From Thermoplasmatota archaeon (lineage in GTDB: Archaea > Thermoplasmatota > JASEFT01), in NCBI GenBank assembly GCA_030018475.1, contig JASEFT010000002.1:26037-73851 (forward strand): a stretch of DNA of 47,815 nucleotides, given 5' to 3'. The translations under genes and the position numbers were made by a program. Shown here in pieces: positions 15,367 to 26,939 of the stretch. Numbering within the stretch: position 1 is the stretch's first letter; every line of letters begins with the position of its first letter. Under the pieces are notes generated by a model that saw only the letters and a program-made list of their open reading frames with translations, did not search any database and was not told where the DNA came from.

Positions 15367-15945
15367 ATGGCAGAAGAGAAAGAAGAAGATTACAAAAAAA
15401 GAATAAAAGAGCTTGAAGCCAGAATAAAAGCGCTCGAAAAGGAAAGAGAAAAGCCTAAAGAAGAAGAGCCTAGTATTGTAGAAGGTGTTGTTTCTCAATT
15501 TATACCTGGCTTGAGCGGTATTATTAAGAGCTTAGAAAAGAGCTCCCCTGAATTTAGAAAGCGCATTGCAGAGACTGATGCCAAAATCAAGCATAGATTA
15601 GAGACTGGCTGGACAAGCAAGCCTAAAGTGGAGTATGGTGTCACTGTGCGCGAGCTTGTACCTGAGAAGAGGGAAAAAATAGAAATAAAGCCGAAGGAAG
15701 TAAAAGCTCCTACTCTCGAGCGTGAGCCAATTGTCGATGTTTTTGAAACTGAAAAATATATTTCTGTAATTGCAGAACTGCCTGGTGTTGAGGAAAGAGA
15801 AATAAAAACGAAACTTACTGAAGACGGGCTTGAAATTTCTGCGGGTAGATATAAAAAAATTATCAAGCTCCCTTCTAAGCCAAAAGCGATTGGTGAGAAA
15901 ACATACAAGCACGGCATCTTAGAGCTTAAAATAGATAAAAAATGA
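15367..15945 (+). CDS. Hsp20/alpha-crystallin-domain protein (GvpH-like)
   Basis: PIVDVFETEKYISVIAELPGVEEREIKTKLTEDGLEISAG...YKHGILELKIDKK. Coiled-coil K/E N-terminus. Confidence 0.6.
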   Translation: MAEEKEEDYKKRIKELEARIKALEKEREKPKEEEPSIVEGVVSQFIPGLSGIIKSLEKSSPEFRKRIAETDAKIKHRLETGWTSKPKVEYGVTVRELVPEKREKIEIKPKEVKAPTLEREPIVDVFETEKYISVIAELPGVEEREIKTKLTEDGLEISAGRYKKIIKLPSKPKAIGEKTYKHGILELKIDKK

Positions 15946-16027
15946 CAGAAGCCTTTCTTTCTTTTTAGAAAAAAGAAAGAAATCCTTCAGGGAAAGAAAG
16001 AAAAATAAGCCTAAAAATAGGATATAA

Positions 16028-16348
16028 ATGACTATTAATATTGACGAGAACAATCTAAAGCAAGGCTTGCTTGGCTTGGTAGTAGCGCTAGTCGAAGTAA
16101 TACAGGAAACGCTAGAAAGGCAAGCGCTTAGAAGAATGGAATCAGGAAGATTGACAGAAGAAGAAATTGAGCGACTAGGAAATGCATTAATGGAACTTGA
16201 TGAAGCGCTTGAGCACATAAAAAAAGAAAATAAAATTGAAGAAGCAGTAAAATCAGTGAGAAGCGGTCTTGATAATATAGCACACGAGCTCGTAAACAAA
16301 ATGGTCAATCCAGAGAAGTGGAAAGAGGAAGTTGAGGCAAATGCCTGA
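16028..16348 (+). CDS. gvpK: gas vesicle protein GvpK
   Basis: LLGLVVALVEVIQETLERQALRRMESGRLTEEEIERLGNALMELDEALEHI matches the conserved GvpK core (GL..LV..VVELL...E..A.RRMESG.L...EIERLG). Confidence 0.8.
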   Translation: MTINIDENNLKQGLLGLVVALVEVIQETLERQALRRMESGRLTEEEIERLGNALMELDEALEHIKKENKIEEAVKSVRSGLDNIAHELVNKMVNPEKWKEEVEANA

Positions 16349-17171
16349 AGAAGAGGTGGTAGTTGAAAAAGAGGCACTAGAAGCTCAGGAGGCTAGATAT
16401 CTTTATTGTATAATTAACTCTAGCGCTACCTCAGACTTTGGTGATATGGGGATAGAGGACAGCAAAGTTTACACTATACCTTGTAAAGACATTGCTGCAG
16501 TTGTGCATAAATGCGCTCCTAAGCCTTACAAATCAAAAGACGAGAATCTGGTGAAAGAATGGATTTTAGCGCATCAATATATTATTGACGAAGCCATGAA
16601 AAAATTTGGTACGCCAATACCTTTCACTTTTGATACTATAATTAAAGGTGATGATGACAAAGTAAAAGAGTGGCTAGCTGAAGATTACCCAACGCTTAAA
16701 GCCAAACTGGAAAAAGTCAAAGATAAAGCAGAATACACTGTTCAAATATTTTGTGAGCCTAATATTATTCTTAAAGAAATTGAGGCCCAAAACGAAGCTC
16801 TGAAGAAATTAAAAGAAGAGATCAAAACAAAGCCTAAAGGCATCGCTTATATGCTCAGCCAGAAATTAGAAAGAATGCAAAAAGAAGAGCTGATAAAGCT
16901 TGAGAATAATTATGTTAAAGATTTTTACGAGCAGCTAAAGAGCCTCGTTGACGAATGTATAGCAGAGCCTACAAACAAGCCAGTGCCTGAAAAATGGAAA
17001 GCTCAAAAGCTAATTTTAAATTTGGCTTGTCTAGTACATAAGGATAAAGTTGAGAAGCTTGGAGAAGAGTTAGGGAAGATTAATAAAACCCAAAAATTCA
17101 AGGTGAGGTTTACAGGTCCTTGGGCACCTTTCTCATTTGTCGGCAAAGAGCTTGGGGAGAAGAAAACTTGA
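16332..17171 (+). CDS. gas vesicle protein GvpF/L family
   Basis: The N-terminus YLYCIINSSATSDFGDMGIEDSKVYTIPCKDIAAVVH plus internal ILAHQYIIDEAMKKFGTPIPFTFDTII and the C-terminal [10 protein letters not shown] are typical GvpF/L. Overlaps gvpK by 17 nt. Confidence 0.75.
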   Translation: MRQMPEEEVVVEKEALEAQEARYLYCIINSSATSDFGDMGIEDSKVYTIPCKDIAAVVHKCAPKPYKSKDENLVKEWILAHQYIIDEAMKKFGTPIPFTFDTIIKGDDDKVKEWLAEDYPTLKAKLEKVKDKAEYTVQIFCEPNIILKEIEAQNEALKKLKEEIKTKPKGIAYMLSQKLERMQKEELIKLENNYVKDFYEQLKSLVDECIAEPTNKPVPEKWKAQKLILNLACLVHKDKVEKLGEELGKINKTQKFKVRFTGPWAPFSFVGKELGEKKT

Positions 17172-18160
17172 AAAAGGGTATATACATCTACGGAATAATT
17201 GAAGAGAACGGGAACAAAAGTTTCGGGCAAATTGGAATGGATAAGAGCGAAGTATATACTATTCCCTATCAAACTCTTGCTGCTGTCGTTAGCAACGTGC
17301 CTGCTATGGTATATCAACTTACTCCCGAAAATGCAAGGGCCCATGAGAACGTTATCAGAAAAGTTATGGAAGAGCGCTCAGTTATTCCTATGAGTTTCGG
17401 TACGGTCGCGAGCAATGGCAGCCAAGTTGAAAAGATTTTGAGTATTGGTTACAAGGTATTCAAATCCATGCTTGAAAGGATAGAAAATAAGATCCAAATA
17501 GATGTAAAGGTGCTGTGGGATAAAGATAAAATATACCTTGACATTTTGCGCGAAAACGAAAATATCAAAAGGTTAACTAGGAAAGCAGATAAGTCCCAAG
17601 AGGATAAAATAGAGCTTGGCAAGCTTGTCAACCAAGCGTTAGCTGAGAAAAGAGAATTTTATATTGGTGAGATAAAAAATGTTTTAGCCAATTTTTCAGA
17701 GCCGCCAAAAGAAAACAAGCTTACCGATGAAAGAATGATTTTGAACTTGGCTTATTTGGTTGATAAAACAAGAGAACAAGAATTTTATGACAGGGTAAAT
17801 GAGAAAGAGAGAAGTTATGAAGGCAAACTCCAGATAATCGCAGTGGGCCCCCTGCCTGCTTATAATTTTACTAAACTAGAATTAAAAAAGCTAGATTTTA
17901 AATTGATAGACAGTGCAAGAAAAATACTAGGGCTAAATGAAGAAATAACCAATGAAGAGCTTGAAGAAGCGCATCGAAAGCTTGCATATAGATATCATCC
18001 AGATAGAAATCCAAACGATGTGGCTTCAGAGCAGCAGTTCAAAAAAATTGAGAAAGCCTATATGATACTTGCTAGGTATTCCAAAAATTATCCTGCTGGA
18101 AAAATCTCGCTCAAGAAAGAAGATGTTGATAAAACCATTCTGATCCTGGAAAAAGAGTGA
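17120..18160 (+). CDS. GvpF/L-family protein fused to C-terminal DnaJ (J) domain
   Basis: GvpF/L core [39 protein letters not shown]...VGPLPAYNF. The C-terminal 70 aa [52 protein letters not shown] carry the HPD J-domain signature. An in-frame TTG at 17168, overlapping the upstream TGA, is an alternative start. Confidence 0.75.
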   Translation: MGTFLICRQRAWGEENLKKGIYIYGIIEENGNKSFGQIGMDKSEVYTIPYQTLAAVVSNVPAMVYQLTPENARAHENVIRKVMEERSVIPMSFGTVASNGSQVEKILSIGYKVFKSMLERIENKIQIDVKVLWDKDKIYLDILRENENIKRLTRKADKSQEDKIELGKLVNQALAEKREFYIGEIKNVLANFSEPPKENKLTDERMILNLAYLVDKTREQEFYDRVNEKERSYEGKLQIIAVGPLPAYNFTKLELKKLDFKLIDSARKILGLNEEITNEELEEAHRKLAYRYHPDRNPNDVASEQQFKKIEKAYMILARYSKNYPAGKISLKKEDVDKTILILEKE

Positions 18161-18165
18161 AAAAA

Positions 18166-20064
18166 ATGAGCAAGATCATAGGTATAGACCTGGGGACGAG
18201 TAATTCTGCAGCTGCCGTAATTGTAAATGGTAGTGTAAAAATAATACCTAGCGCGGAAGGTCTTGCTCTGCATGGTAAAATGTTCCCTTCAGTTATTACT
18301 TTTCTGGAAGAGGGGAAGGTAATAGTAGGAAAGGATGCAAAAAAATTAATGGCTCCTGGGCGCACGATAACAAACATCAAAAGAAAGATGGGTACTGATT
18401 ATAAAATAAAAATCGGTAAGAAATGGTATATCCCACAAGAGCTCTCAGCGCTTATTTTAAAGAAGATAAAAAAAGATGCAGAATTATATCTTAATGAATC
18501 TATAAAGAAAGCAGTTATTACTTGCCCTGCATATTTTAACGATAATCAAAGAACTGCAACGAGAGATGCAGGTGTTATCGCAGGCTTAGATGTTGTGCGC
18601 ATTATAAACGAGCCTACTGCAGCAGCTTTAGCTTACGGGCTAGATAAAACTAAAAGAAAATTGAATATCGCAGTTTTGGATTTAGGTGGTGGCACTTTCG
18701 ATGTTACTATTCTAGAAATGTGCAATTCTGTGTTTAGAGTTATAGCTACCTCCGGCGATACTCAGCTTGGCGGAATAGATATGGATAATAAAATTCTAGA
18801 TTATCTGGTTGATAAGTTAAGAGGAGAAGCGCTTGATTTAAAAGCCGAAAATCTCATGCAGGTATTAAGAAACGAGGCAGAAAAGGCAAAAATAAACCTA
18901 TCTTCTAAACTTTCAACAACCATAAATTTGCCTTTTACTAATGTAAATATAAATCTAACGAGGACTAAACTAGAAGAGCTGATTGAAGATGTAATTTCAA
19001 GAATGGATAAACCATTAGAGCAAGCATTGGCAGACTCGAATTTAGCTCCTAAAGATATCGATAAAATAATTCTGGTAGGCGGGCCTACAAAAATGCCGGT
19101 TATTAGAAAAAAGGTAAAAGAATTTTTCGGTAGAGTTCCTGAGCGCGGTATAGATCCTATGCACTGTGTTGCTGCAGGCGCTGCTATCCAAGGGAGCGTG
19201 CTTTCCGGTGAACTTGGTAATATTGCGCTCCTTGACGTTACACCGCTCTCATTAGGTATAGAGACTTCAGGCACTGTGTTCACAAGATTAATACACAGAA
19301 ATACTACTATCCCAGTAGAAGAGAGCAGAGTATTTACAACTGCACAGGATTTTCAGTCTGTAGTGCCAATCCATGTATTGCAAGGTGAAAGAGCGCTTGC
19401 GCACGACAATATAACTTTAGGCGTGTTTAATCTAACTGGAATAAAGCCTGCACCTAGACACGAGCCCATGATTGAAGTTACTTTCAGTATAGATGCTAAT
19501 GGCATATTACACGTCTCTGCAGAAGATTTGGAAACCGGTAAAAAGCAAGCAATCGAAATAACAGAATCGACAAGATTGCCTAAAGAAGAGATAAGCAGAA
19601 TGATCAACGAGGCAGCAGTGTTTGCAGAGCTGGATAAAAGAAAGGAAAATGAGATAAAGCTTCGCACTAGAGCAGAAGCGCTTATCTACGAGCTGGGCCA
19701 AGTAATAAAAAAAGAAAAGCTCCCTATTGACGAGAAAAGGAATATTACAACGCTTGTTAAAGAATTAAAGCACGCGCTAAGAGTTAATAATAATGAGCAA
19801 GTGAAGAGCGCTACTGAGGAATTGAATAAATTAGTAGATAGAATAGCATTAAGAAACAGAGCTGCTAACCGAGCAAACGCATTAATATCTTCGGCAAACA
19901 AAATGATTACAGAAATTAAAATTCCCAAAGCCGAAAAAGTGGCTATTGAGGAAATGATTGTGAAATTAAAAGAAGCGTTAAAGAATGATAACACTAAAGA
20001 AATCGAAAAGCAGATCGGTGAGCTGACTGAAGAATTGACTATATTAGAGGTAGATTATAAATGA
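18166..20064 (+). CDS. Hsp70/DnaK-family chaperone (divergent, gvp-cluster-embedded)
   Basis: [65 protein letters not shown] and [16 protein letters not shown] are canonical Hsp70 NBD motifs. The track start is GTG at 18157, overlapping the upstream stop; ATG at 18166 gives the canonical [11 protein letters not shown]. 632-635 aa. Confidence 0.9.
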   Translation: MSKIIGIDLGTSNSAAAVIVNGSVKIIPSAEGLALHGKMFPSVITFLEEGKVIVGKDAKKLMAPGRTITNIKRKMGTDYKIKIGKKWYIPQELSALILKKIKKDAELYLNESIKKAVITCPAYFNDNQRTATRDAGVIAGLDVVRIINEPTAAALAYGLDKTKRKLNIAVLDLGGGTFDVTILEMCNSVFRVIATSGDTQLGGIDMDNKILDYLVDKLRGEALDLKAENLMQVLRNEAEKAKINLSSKLSTTINLPFTNVNINLTRTKLEELIEDVISRMDKPLEQALADSNLAPKDIDKIILVGGPTKMPVIRKKVKEFFGRVPERGIDPMHCVAAGAAIQGSVLSGELGNIALLDVTPLSLGIETSGTVFTRLIHRNTTIPVEESRVFTTAQDFQSVVPIHVLQGERALAHDNITLGVFNLTGIKPAPRHEPMIEVTFSIDANGILHVSAEDLETGKKQAIEITESTRLPKEEISRMINEAAVFAELDKRKENEIKLRTRAEALIYELGQVIKKEKLPIDEKRNITTLVKELKHALRVNNNEQVKSATEELNKLVDRIALRNRAANRANALISSANKMITEIKIPKAEKVAIEEMIVKLKEALKNDNTKEIEKQIGELTEELTILEVDYK

Positions 20065-20438
20065 AAAAAAGATCAATATTTCAAAAAGCTGTAGACGACT
20101 GGTTTAAAGGAAAGGCGATTCAGGAATTTATTAAGGCAAGGTGTAGAGGAAGAGCATTTGATGCAGTTCAAAATCTTGCGAGAAGAATTTCGGAAGGTGC
20201 CGAGGAATATAGAAAAAGAATAATGGAAGGAGCGGTCAGGTACAGAAGAAAAGTTAAAACATCAGCTTCCAGAGCTAAAGGATGTGACCTTTGTATAGGA
20301 GTAGAGAAGCTGACAAATGTAGCAAGATACGAGTTGATAGGTGAACCGAAAGCAGAGTATATCCCTAAATATTTGTGTGAGTTTCATTACCAACATGGAA
20401 TATATAAAGACAATTATTGTTATAGAAAGATTAAATGA
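20061..20438 (+). CDS. hypothetical Cys-containing protein, translationally coupled to Hsp70 (ATGA overlap)
   Basis: 125 aa with CRGRAF, GCDLCIG, CEFHY and YCY. Possible metal-binding. No family recognised. Confidence 0.4.
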   Translation: MKKRSIFQKAVDDWFKGKAIQEFIKARCRGRAFDAVQNLARRISEGAEEYRKRIMEGAVRYRRKVKTSASRAKGCDLCIGVEKLTNVARYELIGEPKAEYIPKYLCEFHYQHGIYKDNYCYRKIK

Positions 20439-20459
20439 TGTTAAAAAGAGGTAATAAAA

Positions 20460-20864
20460 ATGAAAACGAGACCGCCAATAGTTAGAACGTTAGATGCGCA
20501 TTTATATTCGCAGATAGCAGGCGAGTTGCGCAAGAGGCTACCAGGGAAGGTAATTATAGAGATTGATAGAGGAATGGATATGAAGGGAAAAAGTGTAGTT
20601 ACCTTACGATGTAGACATCCCGAAATAGCTAAAAAGACAATTGCAGAAGTGCTTGGTGAAGAATATATTGAGCCTGAGATAGGCGAGGATTTGCCGCAAC
20701 CTAGGCAATGGTGGCAGCGCTCTATTGATTCATGTATGGGCGGGGGAAGAGCTAGAGACGCTGGCGATCTAAGGAAGAGCATGTATATGTATGCAAAAAA
20801 ATTTCAAGCTGATACTGCAAAAGTTAGAGAAAGGATATATAAGAAAAAGAGAGAAATGAGATGA
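20460..20864 (+). CDS. hypothetical protein (shares a ~60-aa domain with next ORF)
   Basis: KVIIEIDRGMDMKGKSVVTLRCRHPEIAKKTIAEVLGEE parallels HVRVDIERTMSEKGEKIVEIWSMYPEIVKSAIEKVSGK of 20865..21086. Confidence 0.4.
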   Translation: MKTRPPIVRTLDAHLYSQIAGELRKRLPGKVIIEIDRGMDMKGKSVVTLRCRHPEIAKKTIAEVLGEEYIEPEIGEDLPQPRQWWQRSIDSCMGGGRARDAGDLRKSMYMYAKKFQADTAKVRERIYKKKREMR

Positions 20865-21086
20865 GTGAAGGGGAGCAAAATGACAAGAAAAGGGGTATTA
20901 GTTTGTAAGTTGCCTGATCATGTGTACAGAGCAAAGATTGGTGCAATAAGATCTCAATTCTCTCAGCATGTGAGAGTAGACATTGAGAGAACGATGAGTG
21001 AAAAAGGAGAGAAAATAGTCGAGATATGGAGTATGTATCCAGAGATAGTAAAGAGTGCGATTGAAAAGGTGTCAGGAAAGAGGTGA
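20865..21086 (+). CDS. hypothetical small protein (paralogous domain to 20460..20864)
   Basis: See previous entry. 73 aa, starts 1 nt after the upstream stop. Confidence 0.35.
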   Translation: MKGSKMTRKGVLVCKLPDHVYRAKIGAIRSQFSQHVRVDIERTMSEKGEKIVEIWSMYPEIVKSAIEKVSGKR

Positions 21087-21091
21087 AATAG

Positions 21092-21514
21092 ATGGTAGAT
21101 ATAAGTCCTCTAGAAGAGAGGGGAAAGGCTGAGCAGCAGAGAATAAAAGTACAAGCCAAAAGAGCCGAGGATAGAGCCAAACGCTCTGAAAAAAGAAGAA
21201 TTGCAGCAGAAAAATTACGAGAAAAGGCTGAGAAGTGGCGTAAAGAGATAGAGAAAAGAGAAGAAAATAGAATGGCGGCAGCAGAAAAATGGCGAGCAGA
21301 AGCAGAAAAGTGGCGACAAAAAACAGAAAGAGAACGTGAAGAAAGGGCGAGAGCCAGTGAGAAATGGAGAGCCGATGCGCAAAGAAGACATGAAGAGCGA
21401 GAAAGAAGGCATAGGGAGAGAAGAGAAGCTGCAGAAAAAAGAGAGGCAGAAGCAAGAAGGAAATCAGAGGAGCGAGGAACAGCCTATTTATCTCGTTCAA
21501 TGAGTCGTTGGTAG
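21092..21514 (+). CDS. highly charged E/R/K-rich repeat protein (AEKWR repeats)
   Basis: RIAAEKLREKAEKWRKEIEKREENRMAAAEKWRAEAEKWRQKTEREREERARASEKWRADAQRR is a periodic EKWR motif. Likely a single alpha-helix or coiled coil. Confidence 0.4.
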   Translation: MVDISPLEERGKAEQQRIKVQAKRAEDRAKRSEKRRIAAEKLREKAEKWRKEIEKREENRMAAAEKWRAEAEKWRQKTEREREERARASEKWRADAQRRHEERERRHRERREAAEKREAEARRKSEERGTAYLSRSMSRW

Positions 21515-21656
21515 GTGAGCCGGATGGTTACCTATGAAAAAGAAGAGGGAGCTATGGTGTCGCTATCTAAATGTAGCTAGAGGTGCGATTGAAAGAGCAT
21601 TAAAAATTAGAGGTATTGCGGACGATCTTGTTGAACATGATTAAGAGGCGAAATAA

Positions 21657-21740
21657 ATGGTAAACATAAGACCTAACAGAGGGCTGGAATGGAGCGCTTA
21701 AAGAAGAGGTTAGAAGATCGCAAGGAGCAGTGCAAGAAAT
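21657..21740 (+). pseudogene. degraded remnant of a GvpA-family (J/M-like) gene start
   Basis: ATGGTAAACATAAGACCTAAC encodes MVNIRPN, against MVNVRPA of ORF 13780. The following GCGCTTAAAGAAGAGGTTAGAAGATCG resembles GGCTTAAAAGAAGTTTTGGATAGG (LKEVLDR) of 13780 but is frameshifted, with a stop after 14 codons. Confidence 0.25.
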
Positions 21741-21824
21741 GATAGAAAGCAGTTTCGAACCTCGAAGCACAAAGCTCAATACTGTTCAGCCTTTATATGA
21801 AATAGGAAAAAAACAAAAAGGGGA

Positions 21825-22421
21825 GTGAAGTATATGGCAGAGTTATATAAGCCGAAATTAACACCAAAAAGGAGCCCAAAAGAAATTAAAGAAAGATTTA
21901 GGAAGGAGAAAAAGCGACATGCAGAAGCTCTAGAACGATTAAGAGAAGCAAGAAAAATCGAGCTAGAAAAGGTAGATGCTACAATTGAAGATGCGATACT
22001 TTATACCGACACATCTTGGTTTGTTGAAAATTTCGATAACTGCTATGAAATAAAGGATTTATGGGCAACGAGACCTAAACTTTATGGTGATACCGATGTG
22101 ATAGCTGTAACTTTAAAACCATCCGAGGGTAAGCCGATAACAGATATATTCCCAGTTGTGCTGAGATTTGACGGCACATTAGAACCCAATGCTACATCTA
22201 GAAGGTCGCGCATTAGAAGGAAAAGGCTTGAAAGTTTTCTAAAACACTATAAAATAACCGACAAAATAGAAGGTTATAGTATACCTGAAAGAATGAAAGA
22301 ATGGAAAAAGAAAAAAGTAAAAGTAGTTACCTACAAGGGACAGGATCAAATCTTTATCCCTAACCATCTAGTTAGATATCGTATGCCCAAAATGCCTGAA
22401 AAAATCAAAGAGGTGAAATAA
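21825..22421 (+). CDS. hypothetical gvp-associated protein (paralog of 9791..10168, with longer N-terminus)
   Basis: See 9791..10168. 198 aa. Confidence 0.5.
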   Translation: MKYMAELYKPKLTPKRSPKEIKERFRKEKKRHAEALERLREARKIELEKVDATIEDAILYTDTSWFVENFDNCYEIKDLWATRPKLYGDTDVIAVTLKPSEGKPITDIFPVVLRFDGTLEPNATSRRSRIRRKRLESFLKHYKITDKIEGYSIPERMKEWKKKKVKVVTYKGQDQIFIPNHLVRYRMPKMPEKIKEVK

Positions 22422-22568
22422 ATGGTGAAATATAAATATATAGGAAAACCTGAAAAATGCCCTGCGTGTGGCGAACCTGTAAAAAATCCAGACCTCAACT
22501 ATTGTTTGAAATGTGGTGAGATGTTCTGGAGCAAGGGGTTCACACGAAGAACTAAATTAATTAGATAA
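22422..22568 (+). CDS. small zinc-ribbon protein (48 aa), unannotated in track
   Basis: MVKYKYIGKPEKCPACGEPVKNPDLNYCLKCGEMFWSKGFTRRTKLIR has two CxxCG pairs. SD AGGTGA lies 6 nt upstream and the ATG directly abuts the upstream stop. Confidence 0.45.
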   Translation: MVKYKYIGKPEKCPACGEPVKNPDLNYCLKCGEMFWSKGFTRRTKLIR

Positions 22569-22577
22569 GGTACTAAA

Positions 22578-23156
22578 ATGAAGCCTACAAAAGATCTAGA
22601 ATGCACGCTTGTAGATGTGTTAGACAGAATTCTAGATAAAGGCATTATTCTTAATGCAGATGTTATTATCCACGTTGCAGGTGTGCCGCTGATCGGTATA
22701 AATTTAAGAGCTGCGCTCGCAGGTATAGAAACAATGCTTGATTACGGTATGATGGAAGCCTGGGATGCAAGTATAAGAAGCTGGTATGCAAAGGGGTATG
22801 CTGATAAAATAGCTGTGCCGTTGCAAGAAAACGAAAAAATTATACTCAAAACCTACGGCTCTTATTATAACGATGGCGGTATTTACTCTGCATGGCAGCA
22901 TGGCTATCTCTATCTTACAAACAAAAGATTATTTTTGTTTAGGAAAGAGCCTGCTAGAATGTTGTTTGAGACAGAGCTATTGAAAATAAGAAGTCTAGAG
23001 ATAAGTGAGAAAAACTATTTGGGAAAAAGCAGAGAAAATCTTTGCTTGTTATTAGAAAACAATAAAATTGCAATGCTTTATTCAGAGAACATAGAGGAAT
23101 TAAAGACTGCGATTAACAAACAAATAGAAATGCTACTAGCTGCAATAGAGCAATAG
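22578..23156 (+). CDS. GvpA-family N-terminal domain fused to C-terminal bacterial-PH (bPH/GRAM-like) domain
   Basis: The N-terminus [47 protein letters not shown] is a GvpA/J/M core. The C-terminus GYLYLTNKRLFLFRKEP...LLKIRSLEISEK matches the bPH_2-type motif (G.LyLTN.Rlif). Confidence 0.7.
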   Translation: MKPTKDLECTLVDVLDRILDKGIILNADVIIHVAGVPLIGINLRAALAGIETMLDYGMMEAWDASIRSWYAKGYADKIAVPLQENEKIILKTYGSYYNDGGIYSAWQHGYLYLTNKRLFLFRKEPARMLFETELLKIRSLEISEKNYLGKSRENLCLLLENNKIAMLYSENIEELKTAINKQIEMLLAAIEQ

Positions 23157-23246
23157 TGTGCCCATAAGCTCAACTTCGCAAAGCCAACAGAAATCTATAC
23201 TTAGGCACGGCTGCATAAGTTATCAAAAATAATAAGATCCCGGCAA

Positions 23247-23567
23247 TTACTTTTCCAAAATCGTTTTTATCTTCTCGCCGAGCTCGCCACTCAATTCTTT
23301 CACTTCTATTACAGGAATAGTAACGGTTGTAGGACTCCTACTAAAAGTTTGTTTTGCAGGGTCTACAAGTTTCCAAGTGCGCTCTCTTGTATCGTATTCT
23401 ATATAAGGCGCTTTCTCTTTAGGACCATCTTTGGCTATTGCAATGTAAATGCTATCGCCTATATGCGCAAGCCCGAAATATACATCTTTATGTCTGTGGA
23501 CAGTCGTAGGTATGGGTGCAGCGCATATAGCAAGTAAAGATCCAAATGTAGTTTCTTCAATTATCAT
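23247..23567 (-). CDS. hypothetical protein
   Basis: 106-aa ORF at the convergent end of the minus-strand gvp block. No motif recognised. Confidence 0.35.
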   Translation of the reverse strand: MIIEETTFGSLLAICAAPIPTTVHRHKDVYFGLAHIGDSIYIAIAKDGPKEKAPYIEYDTRERTWKLVDPAKQTFSRSPTTVTIPVIEVKELSGELGEKIKTILEK

Positions 23568-23577
23568 TTAAGCACAA

Positions 23578-23937
23578 TTATTTTTTAGGCCTTTCCTTTA
23601 GCTTTCTTTTCTTCTTTTGGATTAATTCTTTATAAGCATCGTTAAGCTCTTTTAGCTGTCTAAAATGTTCTGATAAGATGCAGAGATACAGACCTTCTTT
23701 ACCTTTGAGCGGAAAAGGTCTATAGCCTGGAATGCTACCTCTGCCAATGATCTTTATGGCTTTAAGAGGTTTTAGTTTCTTGTATTCTTTGCACGCTTCA
23801 TTAACTTTCTGGAGTTTTTCAGCATGCTTTACAGATATAAAGAAATACAATCCTTTTTGTCTTCTAATTGGGAAAGGTTGCTCGCCACCCCTCTTACCGA
23901 TGATTTCGATCTTCCCCAGCGCTCCCACTTTCGCCAT
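23578..23937 (-). CDS. protein composed of two tandem copies of a ~45-aa novel domain (standalone paralog of the N-terminus of GvpF/L 30263..31753)
   Basis: IIGKRGGEQPFPIRRQKGLYFFISVKHAEKLQKVNEACKEY and IIGRGSIPGYRPFPLKGKEGLYLCILSEHFRQLKELNDAYKEL. Compare IIGKRSGEEPFSVSGQRGLYLYIRTEDFDKLSKINKLCKSL and IIGRGSFPGYRPFLVKGQEGSWLCILAEHFRQLKELNSAY in ORF 30263. Confidence 0.5.
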   Translation of the reverse strand: MAKVGALGKIEIIGKRGGEQPFPIRRQKGLYFFISVKHAEKLQKVNEACKEYKKLKPLKAIKIIGRGSIPGYRPFPLKGKEGLYLCILSEHFRQLKELNDAYKELIQKKKRKLKERPKK

Positions 23938-24059
23938 CCTATCACCGTCCTATTATATGCTTAGCTCTTATTATATCTTTTCCTTGAGCTATGCTTAAAC
24001 TCTGCAACACGGATTTTCAATGCAAAACTCCTCAAGAATGACTTCGATTGCAGAGTTTA

Positions 24060-26306
<2,247 letters not shown>

Positions 26307-26312
26307 TTATTT

Positions 26313-26612
26313 TCATTGAAAGTAATCAAGAAACGATTGAAAAAAATTATCTCTACCTAAGATATTAAGGCTTGCGGTATATTCTTCTGAAAATGCTATC
26401 TTTGATGTAAACTTATAGTCTTCTACCCTGATTTCAACTTTATTATCCAGTTGTCTAGCGACTTCGAATTTGAAGATAGAAACACTAGAGCCTGAATCTA
26501 CTAATGCAAAAAACTCTTTTTCGATACCCTTATTAATCAGTGTTACTTGGATTATTGGGAAGTGTTTTCCTCTGATAACCAGATAAGGATATTCTATCAT
26601 AAAATATACCAT
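26313..26612 (-). CDS. putative retropepsin-like aspartic protease fold protein
   Basis: 99 aa with ALVDSGSS (D-S/T-G-A/S active-site-like) in an N-terminal beta-rich region. Weak call. Confidence 0.3.
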   Translation of the reverse strand: MVYFMIEYPYLVIRGKHFPIIQVTLINKGIEKEFFALVDSGSSVSIFKFEVARQLDNKVEIRVEDYKFTSKIAFSEEYTASLNILGRDNFFQSFLDYFQ

Positions 26613-26809
26613 TCCTCATCCTTCCTCGGGACTAAAAAGGAGGCTGCTCTAATAGATGGATAGTTCTTTTTACAAACTTCCGCAGCCTTATCTAAAAGTT
26701 TATCGGATGCCAATATCCCTTCTTTCACATTTATAGCTATCCATTTTCCGGAGTGCTTTTCGATTTCTTTTCCATGTTTAGAGATCCATTCCAACTCTTC
26801 TCTACCCAT
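26597..26809 (-). CDS. hypothetical small protein, overlaps downstream partner by 16 nt
   Basis: 70 aa, MGREELEWISKHGKEIEKHSGKWIAI.... It forms a two-gene operon with 26313..26612. Confidence 0.35.
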   Translation of the reverse strand: MGREELEWISKHGKEIEKHSGKWIAINVKEGILASDKLLDKAAEVCKKNYPSIRAASFLVPRKDEEWYIL

Positions 26810-26939
26810 ATAATCACCTATTACTCTCTATATAATTATAATAGTGACTGTTTATAAATATATCGTTGAGTAGAGTCTTAGTTAGTAAACTTACGTTCAG
26901 TCAATCTTGACTATATCTGCCGGGCTCAAAAAAAATCGC

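Noticed and set aside
20865-21086. Calling 20865..21086 GvpG or another named Gvp protein
   Set aside because: It has no similarity to the GvpG-like sequences at 29568 and 29861. It shares a domain only with its upstream neighbour, so it is left as hypothetical.
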